This document shows, piece after piece, positions 29,490-38,438 of a DNA stretch of 64,000 bases; position 1 is the stretch's first letter, and every line of letters starts with the position of its first letter. The notes beneath the pieces are model-generated. The model saw only the letters and a list, made by a program, of their open reading frames with translations. It searched no databases and was not told where the DNA came from. A program made the position numbers and the translations under genes. Location: contig JBFWOS010000001.1 of NCBI GenBank assembly GCA_050250375.1, positions 894,361-958,360 on the forward strand, read 5' to 3'. This DNA comes from Candidatus Omnitrophota bacterium. GTDB taxonomy: Bacteria; Omnitrophota; Gorgyraeia; Zapsychrales; Zapsychraceae.

Positions 29490-29673
29490 AGAAATTTCCA
29501 ATCAAATTATTTAATTAATGACCTAAAACACACCTCTCTCCGCCGGCTTTCTCCAGACCGGAAAAAGCTTAATACAGACGGCATGCATGTTTTGAGTCAT
29601 TAATGTTTTCATAACGTCAAGAGTCTATCACAACTTATCAGGCTTGTCAAATTGTGGGCTTCAACAACGATGT

Positions 29674-30123
29674 TCATTGTCGCAAATTTCTCATCCGTTC
29701 GTTAAATTCCTTGTTTAAACGTGTGCACTCGGCTTCCAGAACGCCGGTCCTGACAGTAATCCCGGCCTTCTTTAAAATGTCGATCCCCCGTCCCTGATGG
29801 GCCGGATTTGGATCAACCGCTCCCAGGACAACCGTTGAGACGCCGGATTTAATTACAGCCTCCGTACACGCCCCGGTCCGGCCATGGGTCGAACAGGGTT
29901 CCAGGGTTACATATAAAACGGCTCCGGGCTGAGGCTTTCGTCCCAGTTGGTCCAAAACGACAATTTCCGCGTGCGGGCCGCCGTCCCGATAATAATGGCC
30001 GATGGATACCGCCTGATCGCCTTCAACGATGACCGCCCCGACCATCGGGCTGGGCTCAACCTTACCCCGCCCTTTTTCCGCTTCCTTCAGGGCAACAGCC
30101 ATCCATTGTTCGTCTTTGGTCAT
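29674..30123 (-). CDS. RibD-type pyrimidine deaminase domain protein, no reductase domain
   Basis: HAEIVVL and TLEPCSTHGRTGACTEA zinc-binding motifs of riboflavin-pathway deaminases. The protein is only 149 aa. Confidence 0.75.
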   Translation of the reverse strand: MTKDEQWMAVALKEAEKGRGKVEPSPMVGAVIVEGDQAVSIGHYYRDGGPHAEIVVLDQLGRKPQPGAVLYVTLEPCSTHGRTGACTEAVIKSGVSTVVLGAVDPNPAHQGRGIDILKKAGITVRTGVLEAECTRLNKEFNERMRNLRQ

Positions 30124-30126
30124 GGT

Positions 30127-31593
30127 TCATTCCCCCACCTTCACCCGCCATACCGTTCCAGCGGGTGTGTCCTTCACTTCAATCCCCATGGAATCTAACT
30201 CATCCCTGATCGCGTCGGATCGTCCAAAATCTTTATTCGTCCTGGCCGCTGTCCGGTCATCGATCAACGTCCGGATCTTATGTTCATCCAGACCCTTCTC
30301 TTTGATCAGGATCTTGTCTAACGCCGTCAGAAATTCTTCCGCAGGCTCTTCGAACAAACTCATCATTTTTCCGAATTTATTTACAAAATCCTTGAACAAA
30401 CCGGCGTTGGCTTTTAAGGCCGGTGTGATTTTTTTATTAAGGGCCATGTCATTAAACAAACGGACCAGATCGAATATCGCGGCAAATGTTTTGGGTGTGT
30501 TAAAATCATCATTCAAGGCCTGGTCAATTTCTTGCCCGGCCTGGTCAATTCTGGACATAAAATCTTTATCCGCCGTTGGCCCTGTCGTTACTTTACCAAA
30601 AGATAAAATACCGTCAGCCAGACTGATGGCTGCATATATGCGTGCCAATCCCTGCATCTTTTGGTGAATGCTCTCGGAACTCATTTGCAAAGGAGAACGG
30701 TAATGAGCGCTGAGTATAACAAATTTGAGGATTTCCGGGTGGAACTGGTCCATAAAATCCCTGGCCTTGATCACATTGCCCAGGGATTTGGACATTTTCT
30801 GGTCGCCGAACTGGATAAAATTATTATGCATCCAGTATTTCGCGAACGTCTTTCCGGTCAGTCCCTGAGTCTGGGCGATTTCATTCTCATGATGCGGAAA
30901 AATCAGGTCAATGCCGCCGCCGTGAATATCAATCTGATCGCCGAAAAAACTGTGATTCATCGCCGAACACTCAATATGCCACCCCGGGCGTCCCGGCCCC
31001 CAAGGTGAATCCCACGACGGCTCGCCTGCCTTGGACGGTTTCCACAGGATAAAGTCCAAGGGGTTTCGTTTCCGCGGGTCAGGATCGACCCGGTGACCGG
31101 CCTGAAGCTCTTCAATATTCTTCCCGCTCAGCTTTCCGTAGTCCTTAAAACTGTCGATGGAATAAAAGACCGATCCTTCAATCGCGTACGCATGTTCTTG
31201 TCCGATTAAATTAGAAATAAATTTTACCATGTCTTCCATATGGTCGGAACACTTCGGATTGTGCGTATGCGCCGGCAGTTTAAGCGCGGCGTAATCTTTT
31301 TTAAATTCTTCTATATAATGACTGGAGACGTCCAGGGCATCTTTGCCCTGTTCATTTGCTTTGTTGATAATCTTGTCATCAATATCCGTGTAATTGTAAA
31401 CAAAGGTAACCGCATATCCCAGATGTTCCAGCCAGCGGCGAACCAGGTTAAAAAAGATAGCCCCGCGGAAATTGCCGACATGCAGCAGGTCATAAACGGT
31501 CGGTCCGCAGACGTACATCCTGACTTTTCCTGGTTCAACCGGATCAAAAACCTCTTTTTGGTGGGACAGGGAATTATAGATTCTCAACGGCAT
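30127..31593 (-). CDS. cysS: cysteinyl-tRNA synthetase
   Basis: HVGN (HIGH-like) motif, KMSKS, and Zn-binding Cys residues in a class I synthetase of CysS length. Confidence 0.95.
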   Translation of the reverse strand: MPLRIYNSLSHQKEVFDPVEPGKVRMYVCGPTVYDLLHVGNFRGAIFFNLVRRWLEHLGYAVTFVYNYTDIDDKIINKANEQGKDALDVSSHYIEEFKKDYAALKLPAHTHNPKCSDHMEDMVKFISNLIGQEHAYAIEGSVFYSIDSFKDYGKLSGKNIEELQAGHRVDPDPRKRNPLDFILWKPSKAGEPSWDSPWGPGRPGWHIECSAMNHSFFGDQIDIHGGGIDLIFPHHENEIAQTQGLTGKTFAKYWMHNNFIQFGDQKMSKSLGNVIKARDFMDQFHPEILKFVILSAHYRSPLQMSSESIHQKMQGLARIYAAISLADGILSFGKVTTGPTADKDFMSRIDQAGQEIDQALNDDFNTPKTFAAIFDLVRLFNDMALNKKITPALKANAGLFKDFVNKFGKMMSLFEEPAEEFLTALDKILIKEKGLDEHKIRTLIDDRTAARTNKDFGRSDAIRDELDSMGIEVKDTPAGTVWRVKVGE

Positions 31594-31858
31594 GATGTTT
31601 GTCTTTCATGGGCAACGGGTCATATCCGTGCGTACCCAGTGGATGGCATTTGAGTATCCGCCCGGCGGCCAGACGAAAGCCCTTAAAGGGACCGTAAACA
31701 GCAATGGCCTCTATGGCATAATTTGAGCAGGACGGGATGTGGCGGCAGGACGGCAGAAACAATTTCGATAATGTCACCTGATATGCCCTGATCGCCCCGA
31801 TCATCATAAATTTCAGAATACGGATGATTATGTTCATATGGGGAACTATTATAGGCAA
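31574..31858 (-). CDS. yidD: membrane protein insertion efficiency factor YidD
   Basis: CRHIPSCSNYAIEAI...GRILKCHPLGTHGYDPLP, matching the YidD signature. Confidence 0.8.
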   Translation of the reverse strand: MPIIVPHMNIIIRILKFMMIGAIRAYQVTLSKLFLPSCRHIPSCSNYAIEAIAVYGPFKGFRLAAGRILKCHPLGTHGYDPLPMKDKHHAVENL

Positions 31859-31941
31859 ACTTTATCGATTTAACAAATAAATCTTATCGGCCCTGTTCAA
31901 TGCCGATTCAAATCAACTTAAGAAGTGTCCGATTCTTTAGA

Positions 31942-32628
31942 TTAATGCTGATGTTCTTCACTCATCACATTTTTATGGCGGCAATGGACATGAGAACAAG
32001 CCAGCGGAAAAACAATGTCGCTCAGGCAGCATGGGATCATGACGGCAAATATCGTGACCATAAAAACCCCGCCTAACTGGTGCACCCAGTGGTCCAGCCC
32101 AAAGGCCAGCAAATACAATATCGAAGCCACACTGCTGACAAACACATGCATTGAATGTGAATACTCGGTGGCTTTCTCAAAACTTCTCGGCGCCGTTAAC
32201 CCGGCGATCGTGCCGATCACCGCGAAAGGAAGGACGATCCCGGGATGTTGCAGAATGTCCACATGAAAATCCATTTTTGCACCGATCATCAATCCGCCGA
32301 CAAAAGGAAAGATGGCGTCACTCAACGTACAGATGATGATGGATCCCAGAAATCCGATCATTACAGCTTTAAAAATACTTTTGTCATGTTTGGTGAACAT
32401 GGCGGTCGTGGCTACAGCACTGATAAAAATATGGCTCGGATGGAATACGTGATATAAGTCTTCCAGGGCATTCGGCATTGCCTCGTGACTTCCGGCAATC
32501 TCAGCGAGGAAAGTCAGCACCCCCATCATCAACAGGGCGACCATCACCCCGAACGTTGAGAACGGAATATGATGCATCAGTTCCGTCAGTATATATTGTC
32601 CTTTCGTTTGCTGTTTTGTCATAATCAA
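31942..32628 (-). CDS. His-rich polytopic membrane protein, putative metal transporter
   Basis: Six TM helices and many His residues (HEAMP, HVFHPSH, HSMH, C-terminal HVHCRHK...EEHQH). It is immediately downstream of a Fur-family regulator. Confidence 0.5.
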   Translation of the reverse strand: MIMTKQQTKGQYILTELMHHIPFSTFGVMVALLMMGVLTFLAEIAGSHEAMPNALEDLYHVFHPSHIFISAVATTAMFTKHDKSIFKAVMIGFLGSIIICTLSDAIFPFVGGLMIGAKMDFHVDILQHPGIVLPFAVIGTIAGLTAPRSFEKATEYSHSMHVFVSSVASILYLLAFGLDHWVHQLGGVFMVTIFAVMIPCCLSDIVFPLACSHVHCRHKNVMSEEHQH

Positions 32629-32632
32629 TCCT

Positions 32633-33046
32633 TTATGGTTGGCAGTCTGTGCAAAGGCCTTCCAACTGAACGAAATGCCTTAACACCTTAAATCCTTTGA
32701 TCTTTTTAATCTCAGTCAATTGACACCCTTCAAATTCACCCACTTTACCGCAGGTTGTGCAGACGATATGGTGATGATGGTGGGTGTGGTCAGGCGCGTG
32801 GCACAAGCCGTAATACCGTTTATTATCAAATTGGTGAATCTTGGTTAACACCCCGCACTCGACCAAGGATTCAAGATTCCTATAAACACTCGGCAACCCG
32901 AGCTGGCCGAAATCTTTTTTTAGAGGAACCCACACCTCATCCGGTGTCAGCACCCGGTTTTCTTTTAAGAATAATTCGATGATCGCCAGGCGTTTCGGTG
33001 TGATCTTAAATCCGCTGTTTTTGAGTGAATCAATATATTGGTCCAT
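32633..33046 (-). CDS. Fur-family metalloregulator, possibly Zur
   Basis: Winged-helix N-terminus, HHHHH plus CxxC...CxxC metal sites. ATG at 33044-33046; the ORF track begins at an upstream TTG. Confidence 0.8.
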   Translation of the reverse strand: MDQYIDSLKNSGFKITPKRLAIIELFLKENRVLTPDEVWVPLKKDFGQLGLPSVYRNLESLVECGVLTKIHQFDNKRYYGLCHAPDHTHHHHHIVCTTCGKVGEFEGCQLTEIKKIKGFKVLRHFVQLEGLCTDCQP

Positions 33047-33050
33047 AGAC

Positions 33051-33071
33051 AAATGAAAAGTATTTTCATTT
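33051..33071. promoter_or_regulatory. 9-3-9 inverted repeat AAATGAAAAgtaTTTTCATTT (Fur/Zur-box-like operator)
   Basis: Perfect palindrome 5 nt upstream of the Fur start codon. A second AAATGAAAAA copy lies at 33098-33107 in the divergent promoter region. Confidence 0.45.
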
Positions 33072-33230
33072 ATTATCTACATTTCCATATATTTGTCAAA
33101 TGAAAAAGTTTTCTATCTATGAATGGCCAAGAATTGATTGCCTTTAACTTAACCTTCTATGTATAATGGGAATGTTTTTGATCATAAAATAACTTTTCCG
33201 ATTTAATTCCGGTTATCTGGCCTGGATATC

Positions 33231-34883
33231 ATGAATATAATTTCCTTTAAAAAATGGTTTTCGGAACATCCCGCCCTGTTTGCTGTCATTCTGCTTTTAG
33301 CCGTTTGCGGGACCGCTTTTTTTAATAGCCTGGACAACGGGTTTTTGATGGATGACAACCCATTGTTGATCGGAAACAGAAACACCAACATACTGGAATT
33401 TCTGCATCTGGATTTTTCCGACCATGAGAAATCCGCGTATTTCCGACCGATTAATCATTTTTTTATATTAACCACCCTAACGGCTTTCGGCCATGATCCT
33501 TTCGGTTACAACCTCGTCAATTTGATTATGCATTTCCTTGCGTGTTTGTCTGTGTATTATCTATTTCGCATTCTTTTTAAAGATCCCACGATTGCCCTTT
33601 TGACAAGCTTAATCTATAGCCTACACCCTATTAACGGAATTCTGATCAATTACAAAACCTGCACATCACAGTCATTCCTGGTCATCGCAACCAATCTTTG
33701 CCTGATAAATTATCTTTCGGCCATCGAAGAAAAAAACAATTTCTCAAATTATGTATTAAGCCTCATCTGGTTTTTATTAGCCCTCATGTGTCACGAGGTA
33801 GGAATCCTGACACCCTTTTTCTTAATGAATATTCTATTTGTACTCAAAAAATACAATTTAAGAGAAACTCTTTTTAAGAGTATCCCCATACTGACGACCC
33901 TTATCTGTTATCTCTTATTTCGAATGTATTTCTTCAGTCTAAAAAAGAATGTCCTTGATAATATAACTTTCTTTCGACTATCTTTCCTCGAATATATCGC
34001 TTCATATACCAAACTGGCCTCCTGGTACATCTCCAAACTGATATTCCCGGATGGCATTGTCCTGGCCTGGGAAGTCCATCATTTGTCAAATCCATTCTAT
34101 CAGGGGGTCTCTGTTGTTTGTCTCTCTCTCAGTATCATTTTTTTAATCTTCATACTGTTCCGGAAACAAAGCGCTGAAACATTTGCCCTGATATGGCTGA
34201 TGAGCGGAATTGCCCTGGTGGCTATTGTTTGTTTCGCAAGACCGGCGTTGGGGTTTGTGATTGAGCCTCATTGGCTGTGCGCCTCTTCGATAGGTTTTTT
34301 TCTTCTCGTCGCCCTTTGTCTGACCTCCTTACGAAAAATCCTACCGTATAGTGTCTGGTTATCTATTATCGTGGGCTTGCTCGTTTTCCTTTTTGCCAAA
34401 ACCAACTGGTACAATCAACAATGGAACAGCCAGAAACAATATTGCCAGTACTGGTTAACCATTTCTCCGAATAGTTACTGGCCAAATTTTTGGCTGGGTT
34501 ATACTTATTTTGAAGAAAAAAATTATTTGAAAGCCAAACAGCACTATGAAAAGAATCTCGGTAAAGGTGTCCGTATTTTTGAAGTGTATGGAAACCTGGG
34601 GATCGTCGAATACAACCTTGAAAACTATGAAGCATCCATTTCCCGATTGAATAAGTCCCTGAGCATTGAACCGGACATCGCCGATACCCATTATTATTTA
34701 GGACTGAATTATGTCGTAAAGAAGGATTTTGACACGGCAGAAGAATATTTTTTGGAAGCGGTTAGACTGGATCCTTATTTTCTATCACCTTTGGAACAAT
34801 TATTACGATTATACGAAATCCAGGGACAGGTGGAAAAAGCAGTCTTGGTAAAAAGACAACTGCAAAAACTCAAGACCAAATAA
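33231..34883 (+). CDS. polytopic membrane protein with a C-terminal TPR domain (GT-C/PMT-ArnT-like)
   Basis: About 11 TM helices, then TPR repeats (YYLGLNYVVKKDFDTAEEYFLEAVRLDP). Confidence 0.6.
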   Translation: MNIISFKKWFSEHPALFAVILLLAVCGTAFFNSLDNGFLMDDNPLLIGNRNTNILEFLHLDFSDHEKSAYFRPINHFFILTTLTAFGHDPFGYNLVNLIMHFLACLSVYYLFRILFKDPTIALLTSLIYSLHPINGILINYKTCTSQSFLVIATNLCLINYLSAIEEKNNFSNYVLSLIWFLLALMCHEVGILTPFFLMNILFVLKKYNLRETLFKSIPILTTLICYLLFRMYFFSLKKNVLDNITFFRLSFLEYIASYTKLASWYISKLIFPDGIVLAWEVHHLSNPFYQGVSVVCLSLSIIFLIFILFRKQSAETFALIWLMSGIALVAIVCFARPALGFVIEPHWLCASSIGFFLLVALCLTSLRKILPYSVWLSIIVGLLVFLFAKTNWYNQQWNSQKQYCQYWLTISPNSYWPNFWLGYTYFEEKNYLKAKQHYEKNLGKGVRIFEVYGNLGIVEYNLENYEASISRLNKSLSIEPDIADTHYYLGLNYVVKKDFDTAEEYFLEAVRLDPYFLSPLEQLLRLYEIQGQVEKAVLVKRQLQKLKTK

Positions 34884-34930
34884 GAATAGGTCCGGCCCAG
34901 AATCATTTAAATATTCTCAGCATGAATATT

Positions 34931-36580
34931 TTAGGTACAATCCCCTTTGCGGGGACCGGTAATCCCTTGTTCAATCTGCCGGTAACAGCCTTCAATAAAA
35001 TCGGAATACGCTGAACATTTGCCCTGGGTTTCAATTCCTTCTGCGGCACCGTAAACAATGCAATACGCCTGGCACTGGGATGAATCGATGCAGTCATTGG
35101 TCGAATCCGTCGTGGTCAGTTTACAGACCCCTTCGATCATTTCGCCTTTCAGCGCCTTGCAAAAATCAGCATGCTGAACAAGTTTTGCCTTTTTATAAAT
35201 ACTCGCCTCTTCTGATTTATCAAGTTCGCCGCTTTCTTTATAAGATTCATAATAAATTTTATCGGTTCCGGACCATTTGGCCTCAAACTGCAAACCGCCG
35301 TTCTCATAATAGACCCGCTCAAAAACCGCACCGTTTTTCTTCATTTCTAATTCCAGTTTCAAGTTCCCGTTACCATAATACTCCTGAAGGTCCGCCACCA
35401 AGAAATAATCCGCCAGAACCAGATCCACGCCTTTTTCTTCTTCCAGCTTAACTTCCCGGATAATTTTCTGTTTCTCGATAAGCTCTTCAATCGTTTTTAA
35501 GACACCGTTCTCATAAACGAACCGCTGCAGTCTGAGCATTTTCCCGTTTGTAAATATTTTCCTGGCCAGAAGCACGCCGTTTTCATAATAATATTCCTGC
35601 AAGCCGTCCATTACTCCTTTAACATAATTCTCTTTGGACCTTAACACGCCGTTCTTGAAAAAATAGCGCTGCACCCCGTTAAAGACATCATCCTTATAAA
35701 ACAATTTGCTCTCGACATTTCCGTTGTCGTAATAAACGATTTCAACCCCGTCTTTTAACCCTTCTATATAATGCGAGATGCTCCTGACCCCGCCGTTGGC
35801 ATAGTACTCTTTTAACAACCCATGCAGCACTCCGTTCTTAAATTGGGCAATGGATTTTAACTGACCCGTATCCCAGAACGATTTTTTGACCGACAGGGCA
35901 TTATCAATCGATTTTAAACTGTCCATTTCCCTTAATACTTCTTTCTCTTCGACAAATTTCTCTGTTGGAGCTCCGTTCTTGTAATAGCTTGTTTTTAAGA
36001 TTTTTCCTTCCGGTGAATAAGTGTTAAATTCACCGTGCAATTTTCCATTTTGGTACCTTGAGATGACAGAGATCTGTCCGTTGACCCAATAATCTTTCTG
36101 GGTGCCGCTTAGTTTGCCATTCTTGTAGTTGCGTTCTCTTTGCAAAAGGCCGTTCTGCCGGAAGACCTCCTGCAGACCATCCAGCCGGTCATTTTTGTAC
36201 CGGTTCTTTTTATTCACCTTTCCGTCACTAAAATAAATCGTTTCTACGTCCTGGATATTCCCCTGGCGCATGGTGTATTCCCGCTTGATGTTTCCGTTCT
36301 CAAAATAATCCAGCTGGGGACCGTCCTGAAGGTCTTGGGAAAAGTTATGCTCAAATTTCAAATTCCCGTTTTCATAATAGAATTTATAAGGCCCTTCTTT
36401 CTTGCCCCGCTTAATATTAGTAATTTGTTTCATGCGGCCGTTCTTGTAATATTCCTTGTGCTCCCCGTCGGCCAAAGTCTCCTGGGCATTCAATGGATAA
36501 TTCATCGTAAATAACACCATTGCTATAATAAGAAAAACCTTAAAGAATGACATTTCAGTTTTCATCTTGGATTTAAACAC
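34931..36580 (-). CDS. secreted MORN/YwqK-type repeat protein
   Basis: Signal peptide and about 15 repeats of the Y(Y/F)ENG.L...Y.NG.L.G type. Confidence 0.7.
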   Translation of the reverse strand: MFKSKMKTEMSFFKVFLIIAMVLFTMNYPLNAQETLADGEHKEYYKNGRMKQITNIKRGKKEGPYKFYYENGNLKFEHNFSQDLQDGPQLDYFENGNIKREYTMRQGNIQDVETIYFSDGKVNKKNRYKNDRLDGLQEVFRQNGLLQRERNYKNGKLSGTQKDYWVNGQISVISRYQNGKLHGEFNTYSPEGKILKTSYYKNGAPTEKFVEEKEVLREMDSLKSIDNALSVKKSFWDTGQLKSIAQFKNGVLHGLLKEYYANGGVRSISHYIEGLKDGVEIVYYDNGNVESKLFYKDDVFNGVQRYFFKNGVLRSKENYVKGVMDGLQEYYYENGVLLARKIFTNGKMLRLQRFVYENGVLKTIEELIEKQKIIREVKLEEEKGVDLVLADYFLVADLQEYYGNGNLKLELEMKKNGAVFERVYYENGGLQFEAKWSGTDKIYYESYKESGELDKSEEASIYKKAKLVQHADFCKALKGEMIEGVCKLTTTDSTNDCIDSSQCQAYCIVYGAAEGIETQGKCSAYSDFIEGCYRQIEQGITGPRKGDCT

Positions 36581-37360
36581 TTAACTCCCTTCACCTGTTT
36601 CTTGTTTGCGGCCTCTGGATTCCTGCCGTTTTTTCTCCCGCAGGGATTCCGCCGGTATGCCGAACCAGACATCCCGCGGTTCAACGTTGGTGTCTTTCAG
36701 CAGGACCGCGCTAGCCCCGATGATCGCCCGGTCTCCGATGGTGCAGCCCGGCATGATCGTTGAATGTGAACCGACCGTGACATTCTCCCCGATCTTGACT
36801 TTCCTGAGAACCAGCTTTCCCCGTTCAACGATATGCCCGTTGATGATCGCCCCGCCGCCGATGACCGTGTTGTCCCCGATCTCGAGCAGGGAAGCGTCAA
36901 AAACATATTTTGAGTTAAACTGTACATTCTTACCCAGTTTTGCCCCCAGCATCCTGAATAACAAATTGGCAAACGGTGTCAGCAACACAAAGTCGATAAA
37001 GGTATAATGGATCATTAAATATAAAGAACCGGTAAAAGCCCATTTCATCGCTTCAAAGGACTGCAACGGGTGCGTCCCTTCTTTTAAACGGATACGGAAC
37101 ACCGTTCGAAAAATACCGACAACCAGGATTAAAGTCAACCCGAATAAAAAATATCCCAATGCCATTGTAAAACCCAGGCAAAACAACCGCGGAAAGAGAT
37201 TAAAATCAGCCGTTAAATTCCAAACCTTCATCAACAGGCCTAATCCCGGGACCATGGCCAGCCCGAAAAAAACCGATCCCATCAAGTACATAAATAATGT
37301 GAACAGCAGTTGAATCAGGGTGACCCATAACCATTTCATAAGCCCTCTCCCAATGAACAA
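36581..37360 (-). CDS. membrane-anchored hexapeptide-repeat (LbH) acyltransferase
   Basis: Four N-terminal TM helices, then hexapeptide repeats IGDNTVIGGGAIINGH...IGENVTVGSHSTIMPGCTIGDRAIIGASAV. Confidence 0.7.
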   Translation of the reverse strand: MFIGRGLMKWLWVTLIQLLFTLFMYLMGSVFFGLAMVPGLGLLMKVWNLTADFNLFPRLFCLGFTMALGYFLFGLTLILVVGIFRTVFRIRLKEGTHPLQSFEAMKWAFTGSLYLMIHYTFIDFVLLTPFANLLFRMLGAKLGKNVQFNSKYVFDASLLEIGDNTVIGGGAIINGHIVERGKLVLRKVKIGENVTVGSHSTIMPGCTIGDRAIIGASAVLLKDTNVEPRDVWFGIPAESLREKKRQESRGRKQETGEGS

Positions 37361-37461
37361 ATTTTAATTATTCTAACACACCTGATTTACGGCAAAACTA
37401 ATTTTAAGATTAATCTTTGGACCTATTATCTATTGACATATCCGCGCCCGTTTCTTAAACT

Positions 37462-37986
37462 ATGTTTATTATGCCGGACAAGAAAAACAACCCCGTTGAA
37501 AAAATCTTTGAAGAAATCCTCTGGAAATCACGGCTCATCACCATCCTGGTCGTTATCTTTTCATTTATGGCCGCTCTTGTCTTATTCATCGCCGGAAGCC
37601 ATCAATGCGTACAGGCCTCCATCAATTTTATCTCTTCCCTTTCAGGAAAAGTGGATTATAATGCGCTGGTCGCCAACATTATCAACGCCATCGACCTTTA
37701 CCTGATCGGTATCGTCTTATTGATATTTAGTTTTGGGGTCTATGAACTCTTTATCTCCAAGATTGACCCGGCCAAACTGGATAAAGAAATCAACATCCTT
37801 GAAATAACGACCCTGGACAGTTTGAAAAATAAACTGTTAAAAGTGATCATCATGGTTATGGTGGTCTACTTCTTTAAATCCATCCTTACATCCCACTTCG
37901 AAGAACCGCTGGAATTGCTGTATTTAGGCGGGGCCATACTCGCTGTCTCGACTTGTTCTTTCTTTATACGTAAAATTGAAGAATAA
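37462..37986 (+). CDS. YqhA/UPF0114 family membrane protein
   Basis: Size, TM layout and the WKSRLITILVV sequence resemble YqhA. Confidence 0.6.
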   Translation: MFIMPDKKNNPVEKIFEEILWKSRLITILVVIFSFMAALVLFIAGSHQCVQASINFISSLSGKVDYNALVANIINAIDLYLIGIVLLIFSFGVYELFISKIDPAKLDKEINILEITTLDSLKNKLLKVIIMVMVVYFFKSILTSHFEEPLELLYLGGAILAVSTCSFFIRKIEE

Positions 37987-38030
37987 GTCCGCTGAAGCAG
38001 CCGAATATCAGGTTAACAATAAAAATTCAT

Positions 38031-38426
38031 TCAGGTTTTCTTGCCGTCGTTTGATTCCAGCTCATCATTCAGCTTGATATAAGCGCTTCTTAAAGTAAAT
38101 TTATTCAGCCGTTTTAACGTAAAAAGATCTGCCTTCGTTTCCACCCGCTTTTCCCGGTCAAAATATTCGGAATAACCCGTCAATAGAATAACCTTAACTT
38201 TATCATCCAACTCTTTTATTTTCTGGCATGTCTCATAACCATCAATCCCTGTCAGATTGATATCAAGCAGGACCAGATGCGGCCGGAAGCTCTTAACGGC
38301 TTCAATGGCCTCTTCACCTGATTCTGCCTCCTGAAACTCCTCGATCAGAGGAATTTCCGAAAGTATTTCTTTGATTAACACCCTGTCTCCCGCATTATCA
38401 TCGACAATTAACACTTTTTTAATCAT
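38031..38426 (-). CDS. single-domain response regulator (CheY-like)
   Basis: VLIVDDNAGD...LVLLDINLTGIDG...LLTGY receiver motifs. It overlaps the upstream kinase by 4 nt. Confidence 0.85.
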   Translation of the reverse strand: MIKKVLIVDDNAGDRVLIKEILSEIPLIEEFQEAESGEEAIEAVKSFRPHLVLLDINLTGIDGYETCQKIKELDDKVKVILLTGYSEYFDREKRVETKADLFTLKRLNKFTLRSAYIKLNDELESNDGKKT

Positions 38427-38438
38427 ATAGGCTCCTCT

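Noticed and set aside
33101-33114. Second imperfect inverted repeat tGAAAAagTTTTCt near the Fur operator
   Set aside because: It is imperfect and AT-only, and could arise by chance in an AT-rich promoter. Only the perfect 9-3-9 palindrome is reported as a feature.
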